Assembly (NCBI RefSeq): GCF_902652985.1
Contig: NC_047030.1
Location: 31,186,001-31,250,000, forward strand
Reading direction: 5' to 3'
From: Pecten maximus
Lineage: Eukaryota
DNA length: 64,000 bases
The position numbers were made by a program, and so were the translations under genes. The stretch's first letter is position 1; each line of letters begins with the position of its first letter. The notes beneath the pieces are model-generated. The model was not told the origin of the DNA. It made no database searches and saw only the letters and a list, made by a program, of their open reading frames with translations. Of this stretch, positions 50,853-63,388 are shown in pieces.

Positions 50853-53800
50853 ATGTATCATCCTAGGAATATGTTATTATCAGTGACCTGGGCATTCTTT
50901 AACGTTATCGCATTAACAACAGGTAAGATATTTAACTTTTCTAATAGTCCAGAACATATGTAGTGTACTGTACATCATTAAAGGAGTGATCTCATTAACA
51001 CTATGTCAGACACTGAACTTTTTCCCCACTTGTCCATAACACTCCATATGTACTCTACATTGTTTAGTACTTATATATTGCTTCCTAGTAGATTTTACAT
51101 AGAAAAATAATATTTTGATTATAATTGTTACATATTGATATTTAGAATATTTCTGTTTATTTCTTCCAACATTTCTTATTTTCCCCACTGATCGGTGTTT
51201 TTTTTTTTTTTTTTTTTTTATGTTGTTTTTTTATCATTATTATCGATGGAACGCAAGTTTAACAAGAATTTCTTATCAATAGTTTCTATAAAATCTTTCA
51301 TTATGCGAAGGTAGATTATAACAAGAAATATCTTTAAAAAAGATAAACGGCATAGTTTTAATGCTGGTGGTTATAATGTAAAACTGCTGATGAAATACAT
51401 TAACGAACTAATGCGTTTCAGCACGGACAACAAAATTATATCAGTTTGAATCATTTTTGGCGATAACAAGACTGCAATTGAATCAGGAAGATAATTTTAT
51501 CAATGTGTCATTTGAAAAAGATACATCCACTTATTCAGCTTGCATTCAATCCTAACATTGTTTCGCTTTTAACTGCACATCTGCATTTTGCATTTACCGC
51601 TAATTTGATCAATCACATTGTTCATCTTGACCAGTAACGCCATCTATCGCGTCATATCCGGGGCCAAAAGAATATTATACGGCTATGCCGAAAAATAACA
51701 AAAATACAAGACTTCGTCGCTAGGTTTTCAATAAGACGCTTATTTCTGTACGCATGTGCAAATAACTATCTCTTTAAACGAGATCGAGAACCTCGCGACC
51801 TAGCTTAGCGCCTCTTCTCGCGATATCGCGACTTCGACTTTAGGTCGAGATTGCGAGGTTGCAAGATTACGAGGTGGCCCTAATCAGTCATCATAACTAC
51901 GATAGTATAATTGTTGTCTGTACATGGATGACATGGTATTCTAACATTCAATATTCTGACGTTTGAGCTGATTTCTTTAACTATGCCAGTCACTCTCTCC
52001 AGGACCACTCTTCAGCAGATGTGAGACAACTTAACTATATTGTAAATCGATATTTTTATCATTTGGATTATCCCGAAGAACTTAAGTCATCAGCTGTTGT
52101 GTATATACGTCGCTGAATAGAATGCAGTTTTTTTTCTGTAAAATGGCGCCCTGTTTAACATCATATGACGTCATATTGTCGTGTAGATATATAGTTTGTT
52201 TATACTATACCCTCGTTAAATCGATTTAGAATCGCGGTTTCATTATTATGTCGGTATTTTTGTGCTGTTTTTGTGAAATTTGATAGAAGTTTAAGTTGGG
52301 CATGCGTCGATAGTTGCTCAGTTTTGCTATCCCAATCCCGAAAACTTCCGAAAGTAAAAAGACAATATGAAATATTGAAATTTCTTTTCAATTTGTTTTT
52401 GTAGCGATACACGGGAACACGATAGAAAATTCTAAGTGGGAGAGAGATTTAACCTCAGAAAATCTAATCTATAATGATGGCGTTGTATTTACCAAGCAGA
52501 CGTCAGGAGCCATCAGTTGTGCACAAATATGCCAATTACACAATATGACCTGCGTAGCGTTTACCTATACGATACCGGCAAAGGAGTGCCGAGGGTACGA
52601 CGGACTCTCGCAACACCCTGTAACCCACGCAAGCACAAAAATGTGGAAGTGTAAGTTATTCTATTTTGAGCGATATTATAAAAAATGGCTATATAATAAT
52701 ACATTTTTACCATAAATGTCACAAGTTATTTTTGTACAAAATTAACAAAACTTGATAAGGGTTTTTTAAAGAGCAAGTTTTTTTTCTCGTTTTCTGCTCA
52801 ATAATTACAATTAATGCATATTATGTAAAGAGCCCCCTTCTATGAGGATTTCTTTGCCAGGATGTTCAAGAATATGCAAACAAATTATTATACAATGAAT
52901 GAATGAATAAATAAATAAGCATTAAAGAAATAAAAAAAAATGATTTCAATTAAAGAAAATAACAAAATTACGCTATTACTAAATGAAAACATAGTCATGT
53001 AAATAAATGATATATGAAATAAAAGATGCTAAATGCTAATCAACTTGTGCCCCTTACTTAAACTTTGCTGACAAATAACCAGCAGGGGCAACTTATAACG
53101 GAGCTATATGATATGTGTGATGAATCCAATTCCCCAAAGCTTTAATTTTCCATTGATATATAGCAACATCCCTGCTTCCTCTTCTTACGTAGTTTACGTG
53201 AATCATTTGGATACTATTCAAAGACTTCAACGCCAAGTTTCTATTATCATGATTTCTGGGAAATATTTAGACTTATGGTGGTGAAGCTAACAATACGGAA
53301 TTCCGAAAGATGAAGGTTGATGGTAGACATCATGGTGCCAGGCAGTCTGGTCTCGATGTATTTGGGAAAATCAAATGGTCGTCACATATCTTAACCTTCT
53401 ATTTCCATGATATCGGACTTGTATGATACTCACTGTTATGCCTGTTGGTTTCAATCTTACATTTTTAGTTATCATTTTGAGAATATTACTAAGCCTGACT
53501 CGGCCTAATCACAGAAGGCGCTAACCGTTCGCTAACACATGTTCTAAATCAATTCCTATGGTCTACGTGTACCACGATCGAAAACATTAAATGATAAAGA
53601 AACCCGTTCCTTTAGATTTCAATTGAAAGTATAGTATTCTAGACCAACACCTGATGATATTGTAGTTATCTGGCTTTTAATGTTGCTTACAATTGAAGGA
53701 TGTCAATAATAAATAAAGCTTATTGCACCGTTTGATGTTTCCCTAGTGAAAACATATAAAACTTGTTTGTTCCGCCTCCTCATTTATATATATTTGTATT

Positions 53801-56215
53801 AATAGTCTATAGAACGGAGCTTTATAGATACAAAATAAATATACTTACTTGACTAGTCCATCAATTGATTTCTAAAATCATTATCTAAATATCAGACTAT
53901 ATTAGTTTTACGACTCCTTGCTACTCTAACGTTATAGTCCTCATCATGTACAAGGGCCGCGGTGGCCGAGTGGTTAAGGTGTCCCTGACACCTTATCACT
54001 ACTCCACCTCTGGGTTGCGAGTTCGAAACCCATGTGGGAGCAGTTGCCAGGTACTGACCGTAGGTCGGTGGTTTTTCTCCGGGTACTCCGGCTTTCCTCC
54101 AACTCCAAAACCTGGCACGTCATTAAATTACCATGGCTGTGAATAAGACGTTAAACAAAATTAACCAAACCAAAATTATCATGTAAACAACTGCTGTCAA
54201 TTAAAACATCTTGGAAAGCTATGCTAGCAAAGCAAGATACATTGATAATGCAATCTACTCTTGCGATCGATATAAAAAAATCCATCGCAAAGTTTCATAA
54301 AACATATACTGACGAGTGTTTGCGTTAAGGGTCATCTATATAGGAAAATAATGTTGAATTTCAAAAAACGAATAAATATGAAGTACAAAAATAGTAATGT
54401 AACATACCAAATTGTTTGTTGGAACATGAAGTTTCTTTAAATCACCAATTATTTGCTGTCGATGCTAACATATTCTTCTTTGTGGTAAGATGTAGGAAAG
54501 GATTATTCCGAGTCACATAAATAATCAAACTGACAAAAAGCCATGCTTTTATGCACACAAGTGTCTACGGCACACGATAAGAACATTTGTTTGACGTGGT
54601 TTGACTTTATGTACGTATCAACACGTACATTACACAAATATTTAAGAAAGGGAGGCATTTCGAACAATAAAATGCGCGTATATGATACTTTAAAGAGTTC
54701 CGATCATAGTAAGTTCAGACCAATTGTTAAACTGTTGAGCTTGGGTTCCAATAAGAACATTTGTGATGTTTGAAATGCCTTCTTATATGCGATATTCCTA
54801 TGATTTTATTCACATCCGCCATTTCAATTTCAATTTTTTTTTTTTTTTTTTGCATTTCAATGTCAATATAGAATCAGTTTGTATAAAGATAAAGTCAAAT
54901 ATGGTCAAACTAATGTTCTTGTTGTATGCTTTAGACAATTGTAAGCAAAACGGCATGACTTTTTTGTGCAATATATGTGATGCAAATGAGCTTATTGGGT
55001 CCCTCTGCAATACACATTTTTCTCATGTTTTGTTGAAATTTATAAACAGCTTGAGAAACTGCATGTCAACAGTAAGGCACATCGTTGCCATGATACATAC
55101 TAAAAGTTGATCGAGTTACTTCTGTTGATTGCATTGTAGAAGGATTTAAAGGCTTGTGAAATATTACTGTTTTGACTGGATTTTCTGTTTAGATGCCCCG
55201 TAAATACATCTCAGTAAAGAGTGAAATATGTATATTAATGGAGTTAGTGACAACAAAGGTCTAGGACACGGTCAGGAAATAATGAAGCGGAATCGAAATT
55301 GACATAATTCGCCACTATTTGCTTTGTCAAAAAAATTGCTATAGTTATCGGTTTATAATATTGTAGATGCGACATTAAAACTACAAACAAGAGTTTGTTC
55401 ATGAATATTTTTATCAGTTTTGCCTGTNNNNNNNNNNNNNNNNNNNNNNNNNNNNNNNNNNNNNNNNNNNNNNNNNNNNNNNNNNNNNNNNNNNNNNNNN
55501 NNNNNNNNNNNNNNNNNNNNNNNNNNNNNNNNNNNNNNNNNNNNNNNNNNNNNNNNNNNNNNNNNNNNNNGCCGTCTAGACGGGTATACATACGATCCGA
55601 TTTTTGGTGTATGCATTCATCTGTACACTACTGCTTTGATCTGGGACAAGGCTGTGGAGGCTTGTTCAAACGACAGTGCGTATCTCCTCATACTTGACAC
55701 CGTGGAGAAAGTGCAGGCCACAAAAACTGGTGTTCATAAGGAACGCTTTGCAGGTAAATGGCAAAGTTAATTTGTTTTTATTTATTTCTTTATTTTTTTT
55801 ATTTTTTTTTTTTATTTTTATTTTTAAATATATATATATATAATAAAATGGTACATCAAAATTGAATAACGGTGAAAAAATCTCTCTTGATGCTGATTCA
55901 TCAAAATGTATCTCAGGAAGCGTCAGTGAAAATGTAATGTTGAAATGTTTGACAAAGATATTTTACTCACACATTTTTTTTGTTACAGAATCACATCATT
56001 GGTGGTTAGGAGGTTATGATTATGATGACGGCCCCGCTAATGACTTTCGATGGAGCAATGATGCAAGTATTGACGTTAACAGTAATCTCTGGTTCACTTC
56101 ATCCCAGCCGGATAACCAACACGAAAGATGTATAAATCTCAACCTCTCACCTGTCGGGATTAATGATCTCACATGTACTGCTCAATTATTTTACGTGTGC
56201 CAGGAAGAAATCTAG
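50853..56215 (+). CDS. Secreted PAN/apple-domain + C-type lectin, copy 3 (most divergent); start of exon 3 hidden in an assembly gap
   Basis: Exons 50853-50922 (MYHPRNMLLSVTWAFFNVIALTT), 52405-52650, (gap)-55753 (canonical GT donor), 55989-56215. WWLGG, QPD and IND motifs. Confidence 0.85.
53954..54174 (+). mobile_element. V-domain tRNA-SINE, full length
   Basis: Intact A-box TGGCCGAGTGG and B-box GAGTTCGAAACC; ATCATGTA on both flanks. Confidence 0.9.
55428..55570. other. Assembly gap (143 N)
   Basis: Run of N; covers the acceptor of lectin copy 3 exon 3. Confidence 1.
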
Positions 56216-57380
56216 ACCTCCACCTGTATTTCACCATATGCTTTCGAATGTAGAATAAACTATCAATTTATTCTATAATGATATCACGCAATAAAAACTG
56301 TTTTTACATAGATGAGTTTACTGGCCTGAGAAAGAAAGGTCGAAGACGAAGTTGATAAAGCCATATTGCCCAAATTGGCTATAACAGTTGTTAAGTTGGT
56401 GTGTTAGATATAGGTCGGCCGATTTAATAACTGAAGTTATTGTGTCAAATGCGAACTCTTATTACTATGATGCGCATTCCGCACTGATTTTATATCGGAA
56501 AGAAAGATTTGAATATTTATTTACCTATGGTTAAACCTTGATAACAATATATGTACTTACAGTCTATACATTAATTATCCCACTCTAAAGCTATACTCAC
56601 TATAAGATAGCATCTTAATAATTATTCTTCACGGAAGAGACTCCCAGGTATAGACCATGGCTGAGTTGACATACCTTTTTAAACATGGCGGTGTCGGTCA
56701 ATACAAAATTCCTCCTTTATATAAAACGAGCGAAACGTCACCCACCTAACTTCATTTAACAAAAACACTTTTATTCAGTCTGATACGGCGCAGACCACAT
56801 ACAACTCTCATCAAGAAACAATCACTGAACCTACCGTGTCACTCAATACAAATTGTTACATCCAAAACTCAATAATCCGTGAAAATATTCGCCAATTCCT
56901 TCTTCAGGACACCATTTTGCAATTTGATCCATCACCCTGTTCATATTCCGCATTTACATACACACATTTTTCAGGTTAAAAAAATGTATCGATCTTATCA
57001 AAAAGCTAGCAGTGTATATTATTATAACATCATATTTTCTACACTTTTTAGTTGGCTAAAGAAGTGTAATGTGATTCCTGATGAAAGATCATATTGACCA
57101 ACCGTGCAAAATAAGTTGGTACAAATGCTGGTTGACTGGGTGTTTCTAAAAATAGATTTATTATGAATAATTTCCCCATTGGTAATGTCCAACAGTGTCA
57201 AATATCTTGAAAGCAATTGAAACATGACAAGCAATCATTTTGTTTATTAGAATTAAAATGTATTTTAATGCATTAGTTTACTTCTTTTTTCAGTTTCAGT
57301 TTTTTCAATAAATTTTATTCTTTAGAAACACAAACAGTTACAAAAATGTCCTCATACAAGAGGGCTCTCACTCGTCATAC

Positions 57381-57438
57381 TTCATTCATTCATTCATTTA
57401 TTCATTCATTCATTCATTCATTCATTCATTCATTCATT
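57381..57438. repeat. (TCAT)n microsatellite; (GA)n also present at 44653-44696
   Basis: Direct reading. Confidence 0.95.
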
Positions 57439-60400
57439 CCGGATATTATATTTATTATAACTAAATTTAAACAACAATAGTACCAGTATCAAGTGGTTGG
57501 GGAGTCCCCTTCCTAACAAGGTACTGGTACATAATCGTGCGTTTTTAATTCGTGCATAATATGTTTACTTTTAATTGTGTGGAGTTTAAAGCTATCAGGA
57601 AATATTTACAAATGTTTCAAAAATCAGTACCAATCACTACATTTACAAGTGTTAATCGCATTCATTGCATAAATATTAAAAATCAAAACAGAACGTTCAT
57701 AATAAAAGTGTTATTGCCATCTGATTTCGGCTAATACATGGTTCTATTAACCATGACAATATCAACCTTGGACTTCGTTTACGGTTACTAGTTTTCTGGG
57801 TTAATAAATCTATTTATCGACCTTATCAAAAGTCTATTATTGGTGATAAGTTAATGTTTACTTATACAGTGTAATAACTGAGCCTTTCTTTGTCCCATGC
57901 TTAATCTGACAATACAGACACATAAGTAAATAACAACAAATGCAGTTCTATTGTATACATCAAATAACGTAGGTTAAGCTTACATTTTAATGTACTCACG
58001 CGGTATTGTTATAATGTATACGGTGGTGTGTGCTAAATCGTTGGGGGTATATCGTGGTAAACAAAATAGAATAAAATATCTACTCTGAAGGAAAAACCCT
58101 ACGCCATCCAAAATTCGACACCCGTTCCCGGTCCCAGAGTCCCCTGTGACGAATATATGTATGTACCAAACTACCCAACACGATTGACCCGACAGTTTAA
58201 ACTGGTTTGTACATAATTTCAAAACTGTATCATTTACACAAATACCTATTCTTCCTATATATATATATATATATATATGGTTCCTTTTTCATCAACTTTG
58301 ATTTGGGTTGGGTATTCCCTGTAATGTCTTCATTTCCTGCAGCGCGCAAGCATTGTTAACACTTTTACGAACGATAATGCTAATTGGTGCTATGACGTAG
58401 AGTTTCCTATTTTGAACTTTCTTTAGATAATGTTTGTGCTTATTTTTAAATTCAAAAAGTAACAGAAGAAAATTTGAAATTTTTAATATACTTTTAAATT
58501 TTATAACACGTCTTATAGATTATGAGACTCACTTAGATATATAAAGATTCATTCAGTCACCTGTACTTCTTTTGTACAATACATTTCGACTCTAAGATCT
58601 AGTACTTTGCATGAAATATATTTCAATATCTGTGATCACGTCAGTGTTTGCTGAACGTGCTGCTTATGTGGTCTGCCATCCCCTAACGACTTTGACTAAA
58701 GATGGTCAACATTGTTCCACTTTTTATCTTTTCTAATTTTATGGAAATTGTAAATATGTAATAGGATTTTTTTTTTCCGCTGAAGCCATTGATTTCCTAA
58801 ATACGATTTACATAAGTTCTGAAACCTTGCTTGTTATTTCGATCAACCTTGGTGATAGTTTCCCTCAATGTCGCCTCATTGATTTTGCTGTTTTGTTTTC
58901 AGTTTTCGGTAAATGTTGTCATTAGAAGAATTGATCTTTCGCGTTAAATAATGAATTTTTTTTTATTATGAACTGATGATGATAAACGTATGAATACATA
59001 TAGCTTCCTGATGTTTAAAAAAACGTCCTTTTAAAATATGGATCTGAGAGACTGGATTTCCGAACAAAGATAAGCAGATGTTGGTAATGTCATACTTGGC
59101 TAGAAACAATGCTGAAACGCTCGGGTCGTCATGTAACACGATCAAACGTAGATAACCCGTTAATATTGGATGTTAGCAGACATGCTCTGCTAGTCCGTGA
59201 TTTCTGTTTTGCGTCGCTATGATTGCAGCATAGAGACCATCTCTTTATTCTATACGTGCGCTCAGTCAATCCACACCTGTCTGTCTCAACGTCCGCCTCA
59301 GTTCCAATCTACGCTGTTTAGTCTGGACATCTATCTTGTTTTTCCGATATAAAACCGTGTACCACCACTGACTGTTTTACTAGAATTACTCTACCTACAA
59401 GTAGCACACTCTGTGTGCTGCTATTTTGTAAACATCATCCATACGGCGATGCTGTATGTTACCGTTAGCTCTTCGAAGGATTTGTGTTACGTTTTGGAAT
59501 TAAGGATTCCGCAAATAGTCCAATGATCATGTGACCATGTCTTCTTTCTCTGCATTTAGCGGTACTGGTTCTCGAGTACTAGTTTGGTTATTCATACCTG
59601 ACAAATCATAAACAAAACACAATCACATCAAATTACATAAAAGTGTTATTGTGTGTTAATCAGTTTGGATATATGAGATAATGTCTTTCACGCTCCATTG
59701 ACCGTACTTCACAGGTGAGTGAACATTTAATTTTTTTGAAATTTTTTAATCATCAATACTTAATTATTCAAACATTATTTTCAGCATACAAAGGCATTTG
59801 GCGTTTAATCAAATGTTGTTGTCCCTTCTAACTCATATTTTCATTATGTGAATAATTTGTCCACCTACACAATGCATGTCTTTATTTTGCTGTCTTTTCG
59901 ATAAAAAAAAGGTATCCCTGTCTTTTCATGAAAAGTGTTCTAAAAGCATATATCATATCAGTCGTCTATCAGCTTAGTCATTCTACCTGGAGATAAAGTG
60001 GCTTGATTTCTACTAATGCAGTATGTATCGTTTTCGAAGTCAATACATTTGAATGCCTTCTAACTCTCAATGTTGGCCGTTTTGACGTGACTGATTTTAT
60101 TATATACAGTTTTATCTTTATTTCGTTGATGAATTCTAACACTATTAGAATTCTCTATAATAAAACCATGCCTCTTTAAAATCGGATATTTTGATAAGCT
60201 GTTATTCTTTTTTTTTCGATTTTACTTCTCAATATGGAAAAATAGAAATAAACCACGTATGAAATCGAATTCAAAGGTTTTGTAAAGTCTTGTCCACATC
60301 ACTGTGAATGAATTAAAATCAATTTCTGTCGGTTTTATTATCGCACTAGTTTGACGAATCTATCGTTCATTAAATCATTAATAGAAGTTAGAAGGGCATG

Positions 60401-61215
60401 TGTTTGTGTATTAATACGTGATTTATATATACAGGTTATCTAACAGTGTTTTCAGTAGTACCAAATATATATTTCACGAGTGTGGATAATATTTAGATTT
60501 TTTTTCTCTCGAGTGCGTAGTACGAATGAAAGATATCAAAATAATAGCCACAAGAGATATACTGGTAGATATTCTGTTTATTACATTTCAAAGCAAAATA
60601 TACGGAGACAGATCAATCTCTCTCAGAATTCACTGCGGTCCCCTGTCAACGGCTTACAAATGTACGCCAAATCGTGACGTTATGTATTTGATCTTGCATT
60701 ATGACGTCATAAAACTTGACGGAGCACTATATGCAAATCTGAATTTCCCCATTGGCGTTTGTTTGTTTGTTTGTTTGTTTATGTTTTACGGCCCATCGAT
60801 AACTAGGGTCATTTAGGGCCAAACAATATACTATCGTTTTTTATTTTTAAAGTTAAAATCAGATAAAAATTTTCATTTTTAAAAGCATTCGTATTATATA
60901 TTTAGATCATTATGATAAAAATGGCGTTTGTAAGCATTGTTCTGATTGGTAATGAATTTCACTAGTGAAAATATCAGAAAATGTAATATTTTTCACTAAT
61001 AAAACAATAATGTAATAAAACATTTAATTGAATTGTGTGGGTAGTGGTGTAAATTCTTTAAAATTGTATCGGAGAATGCATTTGTGCATGTCGAGAAGGT
61101 TCGTTTGAATTTAAATGTTGCACTACGTGTCTATTATCTAAATGTAATGCATAGTTTTTAGTGTCTTACTTCATTCAACCATGTCCGTATGTTGGAATAT
61201 CTCCATATAAACCCG

Positions 61216-61739
61216 GTTTATTCGGTTTATTTAGTTTAACGTCCTATAAACAGCTAAGGTCATTTAAGGACGGCCTCCCCTGCGAGCGACATGCATGTGT
61301 GGTGAGTGCGTATGTGTGTTTCGGGAGGCTGTGATATGTTCGTGTTAAGTCTCCTTGTGATAGGCCGGAACTTTTGCCGATTTAAAGTGCTACCTCACTG
61401 AAGCATACTGCCGAAGACATCCAACAGCACACCCCACCCGGTCACATTATACTGACAACGGGCGAACCAGTCGTCCCACTCCTAATATGCTGAGCGCTAA
61501 GCAGGAGTAGCAACTACCATTTTTAAAGACTCTGGTATGTCTCGGCCAGGGGACAGAACCCAAAGCCTTCCTCACAGGGGCGAGCGCTCAACTAAAGGCC
61601 AAAAGTGAGGCATTGTCAAGGGAGACATTAGGAAGAAAGTTGTTAAGAAGAGAAAAGATAAGATCCCAAGTTTAGTCGCCTTTTACGATCATGCAATGGG
61701 GTCAGCAGGTACAATTCTTACGCCCTACCTGCAGGGCAA
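61216..61739 (-). mobile_element. Full-length ~524 bp Meta/MESC-domain SINE-like retroposon with a non-tRNA 5' extension
   Basis: Perfect 12 bp TSD CATATAAACCCG (61204-61215 and 61740-61751). Core GACTGGTTCGCCCGTTGTCAGTATAATGTGACC resembles the Meta/MESC domain. The 3' tail GTCCTTAAATGACC..AGCTGTT.ATAGGACGTTAAAC is shared with the V-SINE. Confidence 0.82.
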
Positions 61740-62573
61740 CATATAAACCCGCTTAAACGTTCGGAGCGAAACAATCTCTAACTAACTTTTTGGAAGAATA
61801 AAATGTTCGTTGTTGTCTTCAAAGGGTCACATAAAACACACAGTTGCCCTAACACGTCAATTAAGTAATACTTTACGTAGGCGGTGGACATACAATACAG
61901 CTGCTTTGTTCTTTGAATCGTCGGTGACGCTATTGACTACACGTGAAAGTCGTGGGAAATGAAATTTCTTAGAAAAGGTATAGAGGATTTTACTCCGCCG
62001 ACCGTTTTGGAGTTTTAGGTAATGAAGACTCACTTTGATATCCAATTGTATTATTCTATTTACCTGAAAATATATTAAAATGATTGAAACCATGATACTT
62101 AGAATCAGTCTATTTAATATTCTTACAACAAAAGCGCGAAACAATATCATGAAATCACAAATAATATTCAATATCACGCTGTTGTTCCATCGAGTTACTT
62201 AATTATATACTAGAAATAACTCGGACGACGTTTAATTTTCAGATATTGAATTGTGCTTGTATTGGTATTGTATTGGTAGTCAGTTCACAATGCGTTTCTA
62301 TAATTGGGTTTTACATTTATTATAGAAACATTCTGAATCTACATATGGTCTCCCTTTCCAGCACGAACGGATACAATTATAAATCATAGATTAACTTGAT
62401 TTAAACTAATTATGATTGTAATTAGACTGTAATTCCAGGCAATCCTATACCTGCTGTCACTAACACAATGTCCCGTTTTGAAACCTAAGTTAGCTTCATT
62501 GGTTTATAATGGTAATTATTAGTATTACGCTGTTGAACATAAAGTCGAAAATAGGCAATCAAAAATCTTTTCT

Positions 62574-62751
62574 GGCCCCAGATTCATCAACATCCCTTAA
62601 CTTAAGGACATTTTCCATAGAAAAAACATCACAGCATTTAAGAAGAGTTACTTAACTAAGATATTTTCCTTACAAATACAAAAATGCTTTCATATGAACA
62701 ATTTTAAGTTAAGAGATTTCTATAATTTAGGAAGGTTGATGAAACGGGGCC
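62574..62751. mobile_element. Small MITE with GGCCCC.(A/T)TTCATCAAC TIRs
   Basis: GGCCCCAGATTCATCAAC ... GTTGATGAAACGGGGCC. Confidence 0.7.
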
Positions 62752-63168
62752 TGACGTCCATTTGTGTTATCATAACGAAATGAGGTTTTGATCTACATTT
62801 TGGCCAGGATACGTTGATCACTGGTTTGCCGTCTATACCAAAGTAAGTATCATTTCTGTTGTTCTGTTTGCTAGTAGGTGTTGATATTGTCTGACTATGT
62901 CCTATTTGTCTGCATTGTTGATTGTAATGGCTCCCTGTTCATAATTATTTGTTAAAATCTTTATAAAGCGTTATTCTTCCCTACATCAAATCAGTTATTT
63001 GATTGTATTCTGGTTTTCAGTTGATGCTTAATGAAATGTGAGATAACATTGAATTATATACGCATTTTCATAAGGCGATGCGTTATCAACGTTGATTCCC
63101 GCTCTTGTATCATGTAACTACATGTATATAGGGGTTTTATTGCTGACATTCCGTTCTTTCAACCCTTT

Positions 63169-63388
63169 GGGGGCCGCGGTGGCCGAGTGATTAAGGTGTC
63201 CCGACACTTTATCACTAGCCCTCCACCTCTGGGTTGCGAGTTCGAAACCTACAGTTGCCAGGTACTGACTGTCGGTGGTTTTTCTCCGGTTACTCCGGCT
63301 TTCCACCACCTCCAAAACCTGGCACGTCCTTAAATGGCCCTGACTGTTAATATGACGTTAAACAAAAACAAACAAAACAAACAAACAA
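63169..63388 (+). mobile_element. V-domain tRNA-SINE, full length
   Basis: Family match; TSD TTTCAA(C/T)CCTTTG on both sides. Confidence 0.92.

Noticed and set aside
53954-54035. tRNA gene (A and B boxes present)
   Set aside because: This is the SINE head: no closed acceptor stem, and it continues into the V domain and tail.
61655-61739. HDV-like ribozyme at the SINE 5' end (CUAA resembles J4/2)
   Set aside because: Only ~8 nt separate the would-be P2 strand from P4, too few for P3/L3/P1'/P1.1. No hammerhead or twister core is evident either, so it is kept only as an unclassified structure.
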